From assembly GCA_947371915.1 (NCBI GenBank), contig CANBRM010000002.1:24132-88131 (forward strand): DNA of 64,000 nt, written 5' to 3'. Below the pieces are notes generated by a model. That model searched no databases, was not told the DNA's origin, and saw only the letters and a program-made list of their open reading frames with translations. The stretch's first letter is position 1. Each line of letters begins with the position of its first letter. Of the stretch, positions 9,848-18,994 are shown in pieces. This DNA comes from Comamonadaceae bacterium. GTDB taxonomy: Bacteria; Pseudomonadota; Gammaproteobacteria; Burkholderiales; Burkholderiaceae_C. A program made the position numbers and the translations under genes.

Positions 9848-11767
9848 TTATTTGCGGTAACGACGGTCCACCGCCGCCAACACGCCGCCCAACACCATCA
9901 GCAACACCCCTGCCCACAACCAAGGCACAAAGGGCTTGTAGTACACACGCACACTCCATTCGGTGCGGGTCTCGTTCAGGGCTTCGCCCAAGGACACATA
10001 CAAATCGCGCATGAAACCCGAATCAATGGCGGCCTCGGTCATCGGCATAGCCGACGAAAAGTAGCGGCGTTTTTCAGGCTGCAGCACTTCGAGCAACTGG
10101 CCATCGCGCAGCACTTCCACATCGGCGCGGGTGGCCTTGTAGTTGGGACCCATCACCTCATCGAGTGACTTCAAGCGGAAGGTGTAAGGCGCGATGGTCA
10201 CCACATCGTCCACATGCATGCGCACATCGCGCTCGACTTCGTAAGACTTCACCCCCGTCACGCCGACCACCAACACGGCCATGCCGAAATGGGCAATCTG
10301 CTGACCCCAGAAGGACGCACCAATGCGGCCCGGCTTGCGCACACGCTCTAGCACTTGCTGCAAGGTGCCCAAGGCCACCCAAGCCCCGAGGAACAGGCCC
10401 AAGGCCGCGCCCCAAGTCCAAGCGCCCCAAACAAACGGCAAGCCCAGCCCCAAGGCGACGGCGCCCAACGCGGTCCAGCGCAATTTGTAAGCGATCTCAC
10501 CCACCTTGGCATCGCGCCAACGCGCCACCGAACCGGGGATGATCAAGAAGACAGCGGGCACCAGCAGCGGCGCAAACACCGCATTGAAATACGGCGGCCC
10601 CACCGACAACTTGCCCAAATTCAAAGCATCAATAACCAGCGGGTAAATCGTGCCCAGCAACACAGCTGCAGTCGCGACCACCATCAGCACGCTGTTGGCC
10701 AACAAGAACGACTCACGCGATACCAGCTCCAAGCGCCCCCCTAAAGTGACACGCGGTGCACGCCAAGCAAACAGCGTGAGCGACGAGCCGACCACCACCG
10801 CCAAAAACAACAACACAAACACACCGCGCTTGGGGTCGGTGGCAAAAGCATGCACCGACGTCAACACGCCTGAGCGAACCAAGAACGTGCCCAGCAAGGA
10901 CAAGGAAAACGCGGCAATGGCCAACAACACCGTCCACGCTTTGAAGCTGCCTCGCTTCTCGGTCGCCATCAGCGAGTGAATCAAGGCCGTCGCTACCAGC
11001 CAAGGCATGAGTGAGGCGTTTTCAACGGGGTCCCAGAACCACCAGCCGCCCCAGCCCAACTCGTAATAGGCCCACCACGAGCCCAAGCCAATGCCGAAGG
11101 TCAAAAAGGCCCACGCAATGACGGTCCAAGGGCGCGACCAGCGGGCCCACGCCGCATCCAAGCGGCCGCTCAACAAAGCCGCCACCGCAAAGGCAAACGC
11201 CACCGACATGCCCACGTAGCCCATGTAAAGCATGGGCGGGTGGATCACCAAACCGGGGTCTTGCAGCAAGGGGTTCAAGTCGCGCCCATCCAAGGCCGCG
11301 GGCAGCAAACGCTCAAAGGGATTGGACGTGGTCAAGATGAACAACAAAAAGCCGACCGAAATCAAGCCCAGCACGCCCAACACGCGGGCCACCATGTCCA
11401 GCGGCAAGCTGCGCGAAAACAGGGCCACCGCCACCGACCACAGCGTGAGCATCAACACCCACAACAACAGCGAGCCTTCATGGCCGCCCCAGACCGCCGC
11501 AAACTGGTAAGGCTTGGGCAGCAGCGAGTTGGAATGCTGCGAGACATAAAGCACCGAAAAATCGTTACTCAAAAACGACGTGGCCAACGCACCAAACGCA
11601 AAAGCGACCAAGGCAAACTGCAAGGCCGCCGCAGGACGCGCGAGCGATTGCAAACTGATTTGGGTTTGGGGGTTCGCCACCCACGTGCCAGTGAGGGGCA
11701 AGACGCCCTGCACCAAGGCCACCACCGTGGCCAACATCAATGCGAAATTACCTAGCTCTGGAATCAT
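9848..11767 (-). CDS. ccmF: Heme lyase CcmF
   Basis: MIPELG start, WGGHEGS, HPPMLY, WAYYELGWGGWWFWDPVEN, SVHAFA. Confidence 0.97.
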   Translation of the reverse strand: MIPELGNFALMLATVVALVQGVLPLTGTWVANPQTQISLQSLARPAAALQFALVAFAFGALATSFLSNDFSVLYVSQHSNSLLPKPYQFAAVWGGHEGSLLLWVLMLTLWSVAVALFSRSLPLDMVARVLGVLGLISVGFLLFILTTSNPFERLLPAALDGRDLNPLLQDPGLVIHPPMLYMGYVGMSVAFAFAVAALLSGRLDAAWARWSRPWTVIAWAFLTFGIGLGSWWAYYELGWGGWWFWDPVENASLMPWLVATALIHSLMATEKRGSFKAWTVLLAIAAFSLSLLGTFLVRSGVLTSVHAFATDPKRGVFVLLFLAVVVGSSLTLFAWRAPRVTLGGRLELVSRESFLLANSVLMVVATAAVLLGTIYPLVIDALNLGKLSVGPPYFNAVFAPLLVPAVFLIIPGSVARWRDAKVGEIAYKLRWTALGAVALGLGLPFVWGAWTWGAALGLFLGAWVALGTLQQVLERVRKPGRIGASFWGQQIAHFGMAVLVVGVTGVKSYEVERDVRMHVDDVVTIAPYTFRLKSLDEVMGPNYKATRADVEVLRDGQLLEVLQPEKRRYFSSAMPMTEAAIDSGFMRDLYVSLGEALNETRTEWSVRVYYKPFVPWLWAGVLLMVLGGVLAAVDRRYRK

Positions 11768-11775
11768 GGGGGGGC

Positions 11776-12231
11776 TCACGGGTTGGTTTTGACCGACTGA
11801 GCGGCTTTGGCAGCGGCCGCTTGGTCAAGTGCATGCTTAGCCTCGGGCGGCATGTAGTTTTCATCGTGTTTGGCCAGCACTTCGCTGGCCACAAACACGC
11901 CATCATCGCCCAGTTTGCCTTGCGACACCACGCCGCGGCCTTCTTTGAACAAATCGGGCAACAGGCCCACGAAGGTGACCGTCATTTCTTTTTCGGTGTC
12001 AGTGATGACAAAACGCACGCTATTGCCCTCACGCACCAAACTGCCCTCCTTCACCATGCCGCCGGCGCGGAACGTGCGGCCCTTGGGCGCCTCGCCGTTG
12101 CTGACTTGCGTAGGGGTGAAGAAAAACACCAAATTGCTCTGAAACGCATTCAGCACAAAAGCAGCTGCAGCGCACAGCACCACGATGCCGCCCACGATCA
12201 AGGCCAAGCGTTTGCTTCTGGGTTTCATCAC
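11776..12231 (-). CDS. ccmE: Heme chaperone CcmE
   Basis: FFFTPT, LPDLFKEG, VLAKHDENYMPPE (HxxxY). Confidence 0.96.
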   Translation of the reverse strand: MMKPRSKRLALIVGGIVVLCAAAAFVLNAFQSNLVFFFTPTQVSNGEAPKGRTFRAGGMVKEGSLVREGNSVRFVITDTEKEMTVTFVGLLPDLFKEGRGVVSQGKLGDDGVFVASEVLAKHDENYMPPEAKHALDQAAAAKAAQSVKTNP

Positions 12232-12419
12232 ATCAATTCCTCAACTGGCAACTGCGCCACAGCTTGCTCGGCACGCAATTGCTTCAGCACCGCGCGACGC
12301 GCCGCACCGGCTTGCCAAACTTCAAACGCCATCAGCAAGGCGGTCACACCCACGCTGCCCCACACATAGACGGCATAGCCGCCCATGGCCCAGAACTGCG
12401 ACCAGCTGTCCCACCTCAT
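12228..12419 (-). CDS. ccmD: Heme exporter protein CcmD
   Basis: MRWDSWSQFWAMGGYAVYVWGS small membrane protein between ccmC and ccmE. Confidence 0.92.
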   Translation of the reverse strand: MRWDSWSQFWAMGGYAVYVWGSVGVTALLMAFEVWQAGAARRAVLKQLRAEQAVAQLPVEELM

Positions 12420-13189
12420 GCTGCGGCTCCGGTTGTGTGAGTCACTTCTGGCAAGGCTTGCACCCAAGCCGTGTGGCTCTCACGCTGCAAAATCAGCGTG
12501 CGCACGCGGTACAGCACCAAAGCCACGGTGTAGGCCCAAAAGGCCAAGGCCATGAGCAACATGCTCCACAACATGATTTGAGCCATGCTGGGCGCTTGCG
12601 TGACCGACACCGACGCGCCTTGGTGCAAGGTGTTCCACCATTTCACCGAAAAGTAAATGATGGGCACGTTGATGGCGCCCACGATGGCGATCAACGCCCC
12701 CGCACGGTCGCTGCGGCGGGTGTCGTCAATGGCCGAAGTCAGGGCGATGTAGCCCAAGTACAAAAAGAAAAGAATCAGCTCTGAAGTGAGCCGTGCATCC
12801 CACACCCACCATGCGCCCCACATGGGCTTGCCCCAGAGTGCGCCTGTCCACAGCGACAAAAAGGCAAACAAAGCGCCCGTGGGCGCCAAAGCGCGGGTCA
12901 TCATGCCGGCCAAGCGTGTGTTGAAGGTCAACCCCAGCACGCTCCAAAATGCCATCGCCAAATAAATGACCATCGACATCCAAGACGCAGGCACGTGCAC
13001 AAAGATGATGCGGTAGCCCTCGCCTTGTTGAAAGTCAGTGGGCGCCACGGCAAAGCCCAGCCACAAGCCCGCCAAGCCGAGCAAAGTACCCAAAGCGGCG
13101 CACCACGGCCAGAGCTTGGCCGCCAACCCATAAAAGGTTTGTGGTGCAGCGTAGTAAAACCAGTTGATGCTGGTGCGGGAGATCGTCAT
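12416..13189 (-). CDS. ccmC: Heme exporter permease CcmC
   Basis: IFVHVP, WGKPMWGAWWVWDARLTS, WWNTLHQ. Confidence 0.96.
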   Translation of the reverse strand: MTISRTSINWFYYAAPQTFYGLAAKLWPWCAALGTLLGLAGLWLGFAVAPTDFQQGEGYRIIFVHVPASWMSMVIYLAMAFWSVLGLTFNTRLAGMMTRALAPTGALFAFLSLWTGALWGKPMWGAWWVWDARLTSELILFFLYLGYIALTSAIDDTRRSDRAGALIAIVGAINVPIIYFSVKWWNTLHQGASVSVTQAPSMAQIMLWSMLLMALAFWAYTVALVLYRVRTLILQRESHTAWVQALPEVTHTTGAAA

Positions 13190-13197
13190 GTCAAAAA

Positions 13198-13869
13198 TTA
13201 TTCCAGCGCAATGCGCAAAGCTGCCGAGCACGCCCAAGGGCTGAAGAACACGGCGGGCAACAACATGGCCATCAAAATCGAAAAATGCGCTTGCGAACCC
13301 AAGCCACTGGCTTGCGCCTCCACCGCACCAGCGCCAAACACCAGCACCGGCACAAAAAGAGGCAGAACCAACAGCGACAGCAACACGCCGCCACCGCGCA
13401 CACCCAAGGTCAAAGCGGCACCAATGCCACCCACCAAAGACAAAATCGGGGTGCCGATCAACAAGGCCAGCGTCAAGGTGAGCAAGGCGTCTGCTGAGAG
13501 GTCAAATTGCAAGCCCAAAACAGGGGCCAATAATACCAACGGCACCCCAGCCACCAGCCAGTGGGCCAGCATTTTGGCACCGACCAGTAAGGGCATTGAG
13601 GCGGGCGACAAGGCCATTTGCTCCAAAGTGCCATCGCGGTAATCGGCTTCAAAAAGACGTTGCAGCGCCAGCATGCTCGACAGCAAAGCGCCCACCCACA
13701 ACACACCGGGTGCGACGAGTCGCAAGGTGTTCAATTCAGGGCCAATGCCCAGCGGGAACAAAGCGGCCACCACCACAAAGAAAAAAACTGCCGTCAGCAC
13801 CTCGCTCTTGCGACGCAAGGCCAACAACAAGTCGCGGCGCAACACGGCTAAAAAGGCTTGGCGGTTCAT
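13198..13869 (-). CDS. ccmB: Heme exporter protein CcmB
   Basis: LFPLGIGP, LFEADYRDGTLEQ, LVLPLFVPVLVFG. Confidence 0.95.
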   Translation of the reverse strand: MNRQAFLAVLRRDLLLALRRKSEVLTAVFFFVVVAALFPLGIGPELNTLRLVAPGVLWVGALLSSMLALQRLFEADYRDGTLEQMALSPASMPLLVGAKMLAHWLVAGVPLVLLAPVLGLQFDLSADALLTLTLALLIGTPILSLVGGIGAALTLGVRGGGVLLSLLVLPLFVPVLVFGAGAVEAQASGLGSQAHFSILMAMLLPAVFFSPWACSAALRIALE

Positions 13870-14561
13870 GGCTGCACTTTCTGAGGCGCGCGTTGAGGCG
13901 TTTGTGACTGCACTGACTGCAAGCGGTAGCTCTGTACCGCCAAAGGTGAGCCATCGGGTCTCTGCAAGGTGATGGGCTGGTGGCTGGTGAACAGCACCAT
14001 GCCGCCCTGCGCCACATGACCCGCGAGTACGCTGCGCAAACCATCCACAGCCTTGGCATCAAGCGCCACAAAGGGTTCGTCCAACACCCACAACGGGGCT
14101 TGACTGGCCAGCAGGCGAGCCAGCGCGGTACGACGTTTTTGGCCTTGGGACATCACGCGCAGCGGCAGGTGTTCACGCCCGCGCAACCCCATGCGAGCCA
14201 AAGCCCCCAAGGCTTGCGCTTGCGACAAGGTGCGCCCAGCCACAGCGGCATCGGCCTGCAAATTTTCTAAGGCGCTGAGTTCTTCTTTGAGAGAGAGGTT
14301 GTGGCCCAAATAAAACAAGGCCGTGCGAAATGCGGTGGGGTCGGCCTGCACCGATTGCCCCTGCCAACGCACCTCGCCAGCATCCGCCGGAGACAAGCCA
14401 CACACAATGCGCAGCAAGCTGGTTTTGCCCACGCCGTTGTCGCCTTCTAGGTGCAAGGCTTGGCCTGATTTCAACGAAAAATTGACGGCCTCAAACAAAG
14501 GTTTGTTGCCACGGCTGCACGCCAAATCTTTCACCTCAAACATGCGGTCTGGAGCGTCCAT
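13866..14561 (-). CDS. ccmA: Heme export ABC ATPase CcmA
   Basis: GDNGVGKTSLLR, MSQGQKRR, WVLDEPF, FTSHQ; directly upstream of ccmB. Confidence 0.93.
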   Translation of the reverse strand: MDAPDRMFEVKDLACSRGNKPLFEAVNFSLKSGQALHLEGDNGVGKTSLLRIVCGLSPADAGEVRWQGQSVQADPTAFRTALFYLGHNLSLKEELSALENLQADAAVAGRTLSQAQALGALARMGLRGREHLPLRVMSQGQKRRTALARLLASQAPLWVLDEPFVALDAKAVDGLRSVLAGHVAQGGMVLFTSHQPITLQRPDGSPLAVQSYRLQSVQSQTPQRAPQKVQP

Positions 14562-15487
14562 CAGATGAATGTGCCAGCACAAGTCAGCACTTGCCCGCCA
14601 GTGCTCATTTTGAAACGCGCAATGCCAGCGCTTCGCGTGGTGTTGACGCCGCCTAAATCGAGGCGGCGCACGCCCCGCTCGCGCAGTTCTTCGATGCCAC
14701 GCCACAAAATCAAGTTATGGGCGTGCAAATCGCGGCCCGCATCGCTGTTCCAGCCCACTTGATAAGTGGCGGCTTCGCCATGGATCAAAAACATCATGCC
14801 GGCCACCCGGTCGCGTCCCACGTCGGCACGCAGAGTCAAAATGGTTTGTGACGGCTGCTTGCGAGAAGGCACGTACAAATCAAAAAATTGCACAGGTAAA
14901 CCGTGCAAGCCGCGTTGCTCACGCTGCTGCATCTCGGTCTCCAGCAACCAGCGGTACTGGCCGGCATTGGTGCCCACACGGTGCAGAGTCAACTCAGACG
15001 CTTCAGCGCCACCCAAGCGGTGACGCCAGCGCTTGTCGAGTTGGGCCCGCAAATCAGCCATGGACGGTGTGATGCCGAGCATCACCGTGCTGTGTCCCGT
15101 CATGACACGGCGCAGACGCGACAAGCCCAGCTCAGGGCCTTGCGGCTCCTCGGGTGTGACCGCCACTAAGCGCAAATTTTTGAGAGGAATGCTGCGCTTC
15201 AACGCCTTGTAAACCGCCGCTTTGTCGGCACCCGACAAAGGCTGCAACCACACAGGGCCCAGAGAGCACAAGGCCACACAAGCGAACTCGCCTAAAAAGC
15301 GTCGAATGATGAATTGGGCCAAGGCCACGGGTGCGCCGTCTTGTTCCACAGACGCGCGCAACACGCCCACACCCAAGGCTTTCATGCAAGCGCCGTAGGC
15401 CCAGTCCTGCTGCAACGCGGCAGCGGCACGGGCATGGTGTGCGTCCCACGACGCAGCGTCTAGCGTGTCCCAAGTGACCTTCATCAT
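14561..15487 (-). CDS. GNAT-family (FemAB-like) acyltransferase
   Basis: LQQDWAYG, LRAQLDKRWRHRL, ATYQVGW, LDLGG, GIARFK resemble the FemABX/Acetyltransf_6 pattern. Stop overlaps the ccmA start. Confidence 0.8.
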   Translation of the reverse strand: MMKVTWDTLDAASWDAHHARAAAALQQDWAYGACMKALGVGVLRASVEQDGAPVALAQFIIRRFLGEFACVALCSLGPVWLQPLSGADKAAVYKALKRSIPLKNLRLVAVTPEEPQGPELGLSRLRRVMTGHSTVMLGITPSMADLRAQLDKRWRHRLGGAEASELTLHRVGTNAGQYRWLLETEMQQREQRGLHGLPVQFFDLYVPSRKQPSQTILTLRADVGRDRVAGMMFLIHGEAATYQVGWNSDAGRDLHAHNLILWRGIEELRERGVRRLDLGGVNTTRSAGIARFKMSTGGQVLTCAGTFI

Positions 15488-15525
15488 GCCCCTAAAATCC
15501 TTTGATCCTTGTGAACCACACACCC

Positions 15526-15723
15526 ATGTTGAACAAACTCCGACTGCGTCGAAAAACCGAAACCGTGATGGGCCACCGTTTGGAAGAGCCGCGCCTGACC
15601 TTCATGGTGGTCGTGTGGGTGTTCATCTATGCTGTCCTGCCCGTTGTGATGGTCGGCAGTTTGCTGGACCTGTTGGTGCAACAAATGACCGGTCAATGCA
15701 CCGGTTTTTGGTGTTGGTTCTGA
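15526..15723 (+). CDS. Small hypothetical membrane protein (65 aa)
   Basis: Basic N-terminus, hydrophobic segment, C-terminal GQCTGFWCWF; divergent from the GNAT gene. Confidence 0.6.
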   Translation: MLNKLRLRRKTETVMGHRLEEPRLTFMVVVWVFIYAVLPVVMVGSLLDLLVQQMTGQCTGFWCWF

Positions 15724-15758
15724 CTTAAAAAACACCCCCATGATCGCACATGCCCCTC

Positions 15759-16214
15759 TCAAGGCGCGTACGTGCAGGGCCCGTCCACATGCACACGCGT
15801 GATCTTGCCGTGGTAGCTGACATCGTGGAACGCGTGCAACATGATGGGCTCCCGCTCCAACACAATTTCTGACTCCACGCCCGTTTTGCGGTGCTTCTTG
15901 TAAGCGCCCATTTCTTTGGCCGTGGTGAGGTTTTTGCCATCGAACTCTTCGGTGGTCAAGCTGGTGACCTGCACTTGGTACAGCTTAGGCCCGTTGATTT
16001 TCAAAAACACGTTCTTGCCCATGGATTGAATCTCCACCACCACTTTGGCCGCGTCTAGCTTGCGGTCATTCAGAGCAGGAATCGTGCCCTCCACTTCGCA
16101 AGGCATTTTGAAGGTTTGCGCCCACGCCGAGCCAGACAGCGCGCCCACGAGGCACACGCCGACCAACGCGGACACCTTGGCCCACTGACGGATCACAGCA
16201 ACAACTGGGTTCAT
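15759..16214 (-). CDS. Hypothetical exported protein
   Basis: GAGG RBS; signal peptide ending AWA-Q; one Cys near each end of the mature chain. Confidence 0.65.
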   Translation of the reverse strand: MNPVVAVIRQWAKVSALVGVCLVGALSGSAWAQTFKMPCEVEGTIPALNDRKLDAAKVVVEIQSMGKNVFLKINGPKLYQVQVTSLTTEEFDGKNLTTAKEMGAYKKHRKTGVESEIVLEREPIMLHAFHDVSYHGKITRVHVDGPCTYAP

Positions 16215-16252
16215 ACACACCTCAACAACAGATCACCCATTCTATAAACGCC

Positions 16253-16284
16253 AACGCCCGCCGCTTTTGCAAGCGACGGGCGTT
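16253..16284 (-). terminator. Hairpin, probable terminator of the liv operon
   Basis: AACGCCCGCCGCTT-TTGC-AAGCGACGGGCGTT inverted repeat just downstream of livF. Confidence 0.55.
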
Positions 16285-16320
16285 GTGTTTCAACGAAAGT
16301 CAGGACAGCCGAGCACTTGC

Positions 16321-17043
16321 TCAGTGACCACCGCCCAAATACGCCGCTTTCACGGCTGGGTCGTTCTTCAAGCTGCTGGCTTCACCGTGCACAGAAATGC
16401 GACCGTTCTCCATCACGTAGCCATAGTCGGCCACGTTCAAAGCGGCCGCGGCAAACTGCTCCACCAACAACATGGTGACGCCTTGGCTCTTGAGGTTTTC
16501 AATGATTTTGAACACTTCTTCGACCAAGATGGGCGCCAAGCCCATCGAAGGCTCATCCAGCAAAACGACTTCGGGGTTGAGCATCACGGCGCGGGCCATG
16601 GCCAGCATTTGTTGCTCACCGCCCGACAACGTACCAGCCAATTGGTTGCGGCGCTCCTTGAGGCGCGGAAACAAGTCCATCGCACGGTCCAAATCCGCAG
16701 GCACATCACCTTTGGGGCGGCTGCCTGTCAGACGGGGAAACGCACCCAAGATCAAGTTGTCCGTCACCGTCATGGTGGCAAACACACGTCGGCCTTCGGG
16801 CGAATGGGCCAGACCGCGCTTGGCGATCGTGAACGATTCCATACCGTCAATGCGCTCGCCATTCAAGGTGATCTCACCGGCAGTCGGCGCGATCATGCCG
16901 CTGATGGCGCGCATGGTGGTGGTTTTACCCGCACCGTTGGAGCCAATCAAGGTGACCACTTTGCCTTTAGGCACATCGATCGAAATGCCATGCAGCACAT
17001 GGACTTTGCCGTAACCGGCTTCCAGATTTTTAATCTTCAACAT
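16321..17043 (-). CDS. livF: Branched-chain amino acid-type ABC ATPase (LivF-like)
   Basis: GSNGAGKTT, PEGRRVF, LSGGEQQMLA, LLDEPSMGLAP. Confidence 0.9.
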   Translation of the reverse strand: MLKIKNLEAGYGKVHVLHGISIDVPKGKVVTLIGSNGAGKTTTMRAISGMIAPTAGEITLNGERIDGMESFTIAKRGLAHSPEGRRVFATMTVTDNLILGAFPRLTGSRPKGDVPADLDRAMDLFPRLKERRNQLAGTLSGGEQQMLAMARAVMLNPEVVLLDEPSMGLAPILVEEVFKIIENLKSQGVTMLLVEQFAAAALNVADYGYVMENGRISVHGEASSLKNDPAVKAAYLGGGH

Positions 17044-17063
17044 CTCTAATTCTCCGTGTGCGC

Positions 17064-18992
17064 TTAAGTCGCCGTGCCGCCGAGGTAGGCCTCGATGACC
17101 TTCTCGTTGGCTTGCACGTCAGCGGGCTGACCTTCCGCAATCTTTTGACCGAAGTCGAGCACCGAGACGGTGTCGCAAATGCTCATCACCATGTCCATGT
17201 GGTGCTCGATCAAGATGACCGTGATGCCGTGGTCGCGAATCTTGCGAATGATCAACACCAACTCTTTGATGTCGGGTGCGGTCAAGCCAGCGGCGGGCTC
17301 GTCCAACAGCAAGAGCTGAGGGTCAAGCGCCAAAGCACGGGCAATCTCAAGCAGACGTTGCTTGCCATACGGCAAATTACGCGCTTGCTCTTCGGCCAAA
17401 TCGGCCAGGCCCACGAACGCCAACAGGCCTTCAGCACGCGCGGTGGCGGACTTGTCTTCTTGGGCGTAACGCGAGGTGTTCAACGCCACGTCCACAAAGT
17501 TGCTGTGGAAGGTGTGGTGCAAACCGACCTGCACGTTTTGCAAGGCCGTCATTTCGCCAAACAGCTGCACGTTTTGGAACGTACGCGCAATGCCCGACAA
17601 CGCGATGTCAGACGAGGTGCGCCCCACCACGGAGCGGCCTTCGAACTCAATGCTGCCGGCTGTGGGCACGTAAATGCCTGTCAACACGTTCATCATCGTG
17701 CTCTTGCCCGACCCGTTAGGACCGATCAAGCCGTGGATGGTGCCGCGCTTGATGCGCAGATCAACCTGATTGATCGCCTTCAAGCCACCGAATTGCATCA
17801 GCACCTCTTTGGCCACCAACACATCGTCACCACCATTTTTGGCAGCGCGAATGATGGGGTCACCCTGGCTGGCCGCAGCATGCGCGACGTGCGCGGTGTT
17901 GGCACCCCGTGAGCGGTGCGCCAACAAGCTGCGCACAAAACCCACGATACCGTCTTGGAGGTAATACACCACGAACAAGATCATCAAACCGAAGATGGAC
18001 AAACGCCAGTCGGTGATGCTCTCCAACCAGAAAGCGAAACCGGCCAAAGCAGCAGTACCCACCACAGGCACAGCCATGGTTTGCACGGTGGTCATTTTGC
18101 GAGCCACGCCGATGATGGCGCCGATCAACATCAACACCGCCAGCACGCTGGCGACCATGCGGAACATTTCCAAATCGTCCAACAACTTGGGCAGCAACAC
18201 AATGATGGTGGCACCCAACATGGAGCCAATGCGTGTTTTGCGACCACCCATGATGACGGCCAACAAGAACATCACGGTCAGTTCGTTGTTGTAGGTGTTA
18301 GGCGAAATGTATTGCTCAGAGTAGGCATACAAGCAACCCGCCAAACCGGCAAAGCCAGCGCTGATCACAAAGGCGTACACCTTGTATTTGTAGACCGACA
18401 CACCCATACAGTCAGACGCCACGGGGCTACCGCGCAACGCTTCAAACGCACGGCCCAGTTGTGAGCGCAAGACGCGGTGCACGACCAGCAACGACAAAGC
18501 CAACAGAGCCGTGACCACCCAGTAGAACGATTGCTCGTCAAACTTGTAGCCAGCCACCGTGGGCTTTGGAATTTTCAAACCCATGGGGCCTTCGGTGAGG
18601 AAGGTCATTTCGTTGATCAAGATTTGGATGATGGTGCCAAACGCCATGGTCACCATCGCCAAGTACGGGCCCGACACGCGCAGCGCTGGCAACGCCAGCA
18701 ACGCGCCAAACACGGCCGTCACGGCAATGCTGGCAGGCACGATCACCCAAAACGGCGCACCGACTTTGAGGAACAAGACACCCGCGGTGTACGCGCCGAT
18801 GCCAAACAAACCGGCATGGCCCAAAGACACTTGGCCGGTGTAGCCCACCACGATGTCCAAGCCGAACAACAAGATCGCGTAGATCATGATGGTCTCGACC
18901 AAGTGGATGTAGTAAGGGTTGTGCGTGAACACAGGCACCAGCGCCAGCAGCGCGAAGCCAATCAAAGAAGCGAAAACGTGATTGCGATTCAT
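17064..18992 (-). CDS. Fused LivM permease-LivG ATPase
   Basis: GYTGQVSLGHAG permease, then GPNGSGKST, ARTFQN, LPYGKQRLLE and LLDEPAAG in one ORF. Confidence 0.9.
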   Translation of the reverse strand: MNRNHVFASLIGFALLALVPVFTHNPYYIHLVETIMIYAILLFGLDIVVGYTGQVSLGHAGLFGIGAYTAGVLFLKVGAPFWVIVPASIAVTAVFGALLALPALRVSGPYLAMVTMAFGTIIQILINEMTFLTEGPMGLKIPKPTVAGYKFDEQSFYWVVTALLALSLLVVHRVLRSQLGRAFEALRGSPVASDCMGVSVYKYKVYAFVISAGFAGLAGCLYAYSEQYISPNTYNNELTVMFLLAVIMGGRKTRIGSMLGATIIVLLPKLLDDLEMFRMVASVLAVLMLIGAIIGVARKMTTVQTMAVPVVGTAALAGFAFWLESITDWRLSIFGLMILFVVYYLQDGIVGFVRSLLAHRSRGANTAHVAHAAASQGDPIIRAAKNGGDDVLVAKEVLMQFGGLKAINQVDLRIKRGTIHGLIGPNGSGKSTMMNVLTGIYVPTAGSIEFEGRSVVGRTSSDIALSGIARTFQNVQLFGEMTALQNVQVGLHHTFHSNFVDVALNTSRYAQEDKSATARAEGLLAFVGLADLAEEQARNLPYGKQRLLEIARALALDPQLLLLDEPAAGLTAPDIKELVLIIRKIRDHGITVILIEHHMDMVMSICDTVSVLDFGQKIAEGQPADVQANEKVIEAYLGGTAT

Positions 18993-18994
18993 GG

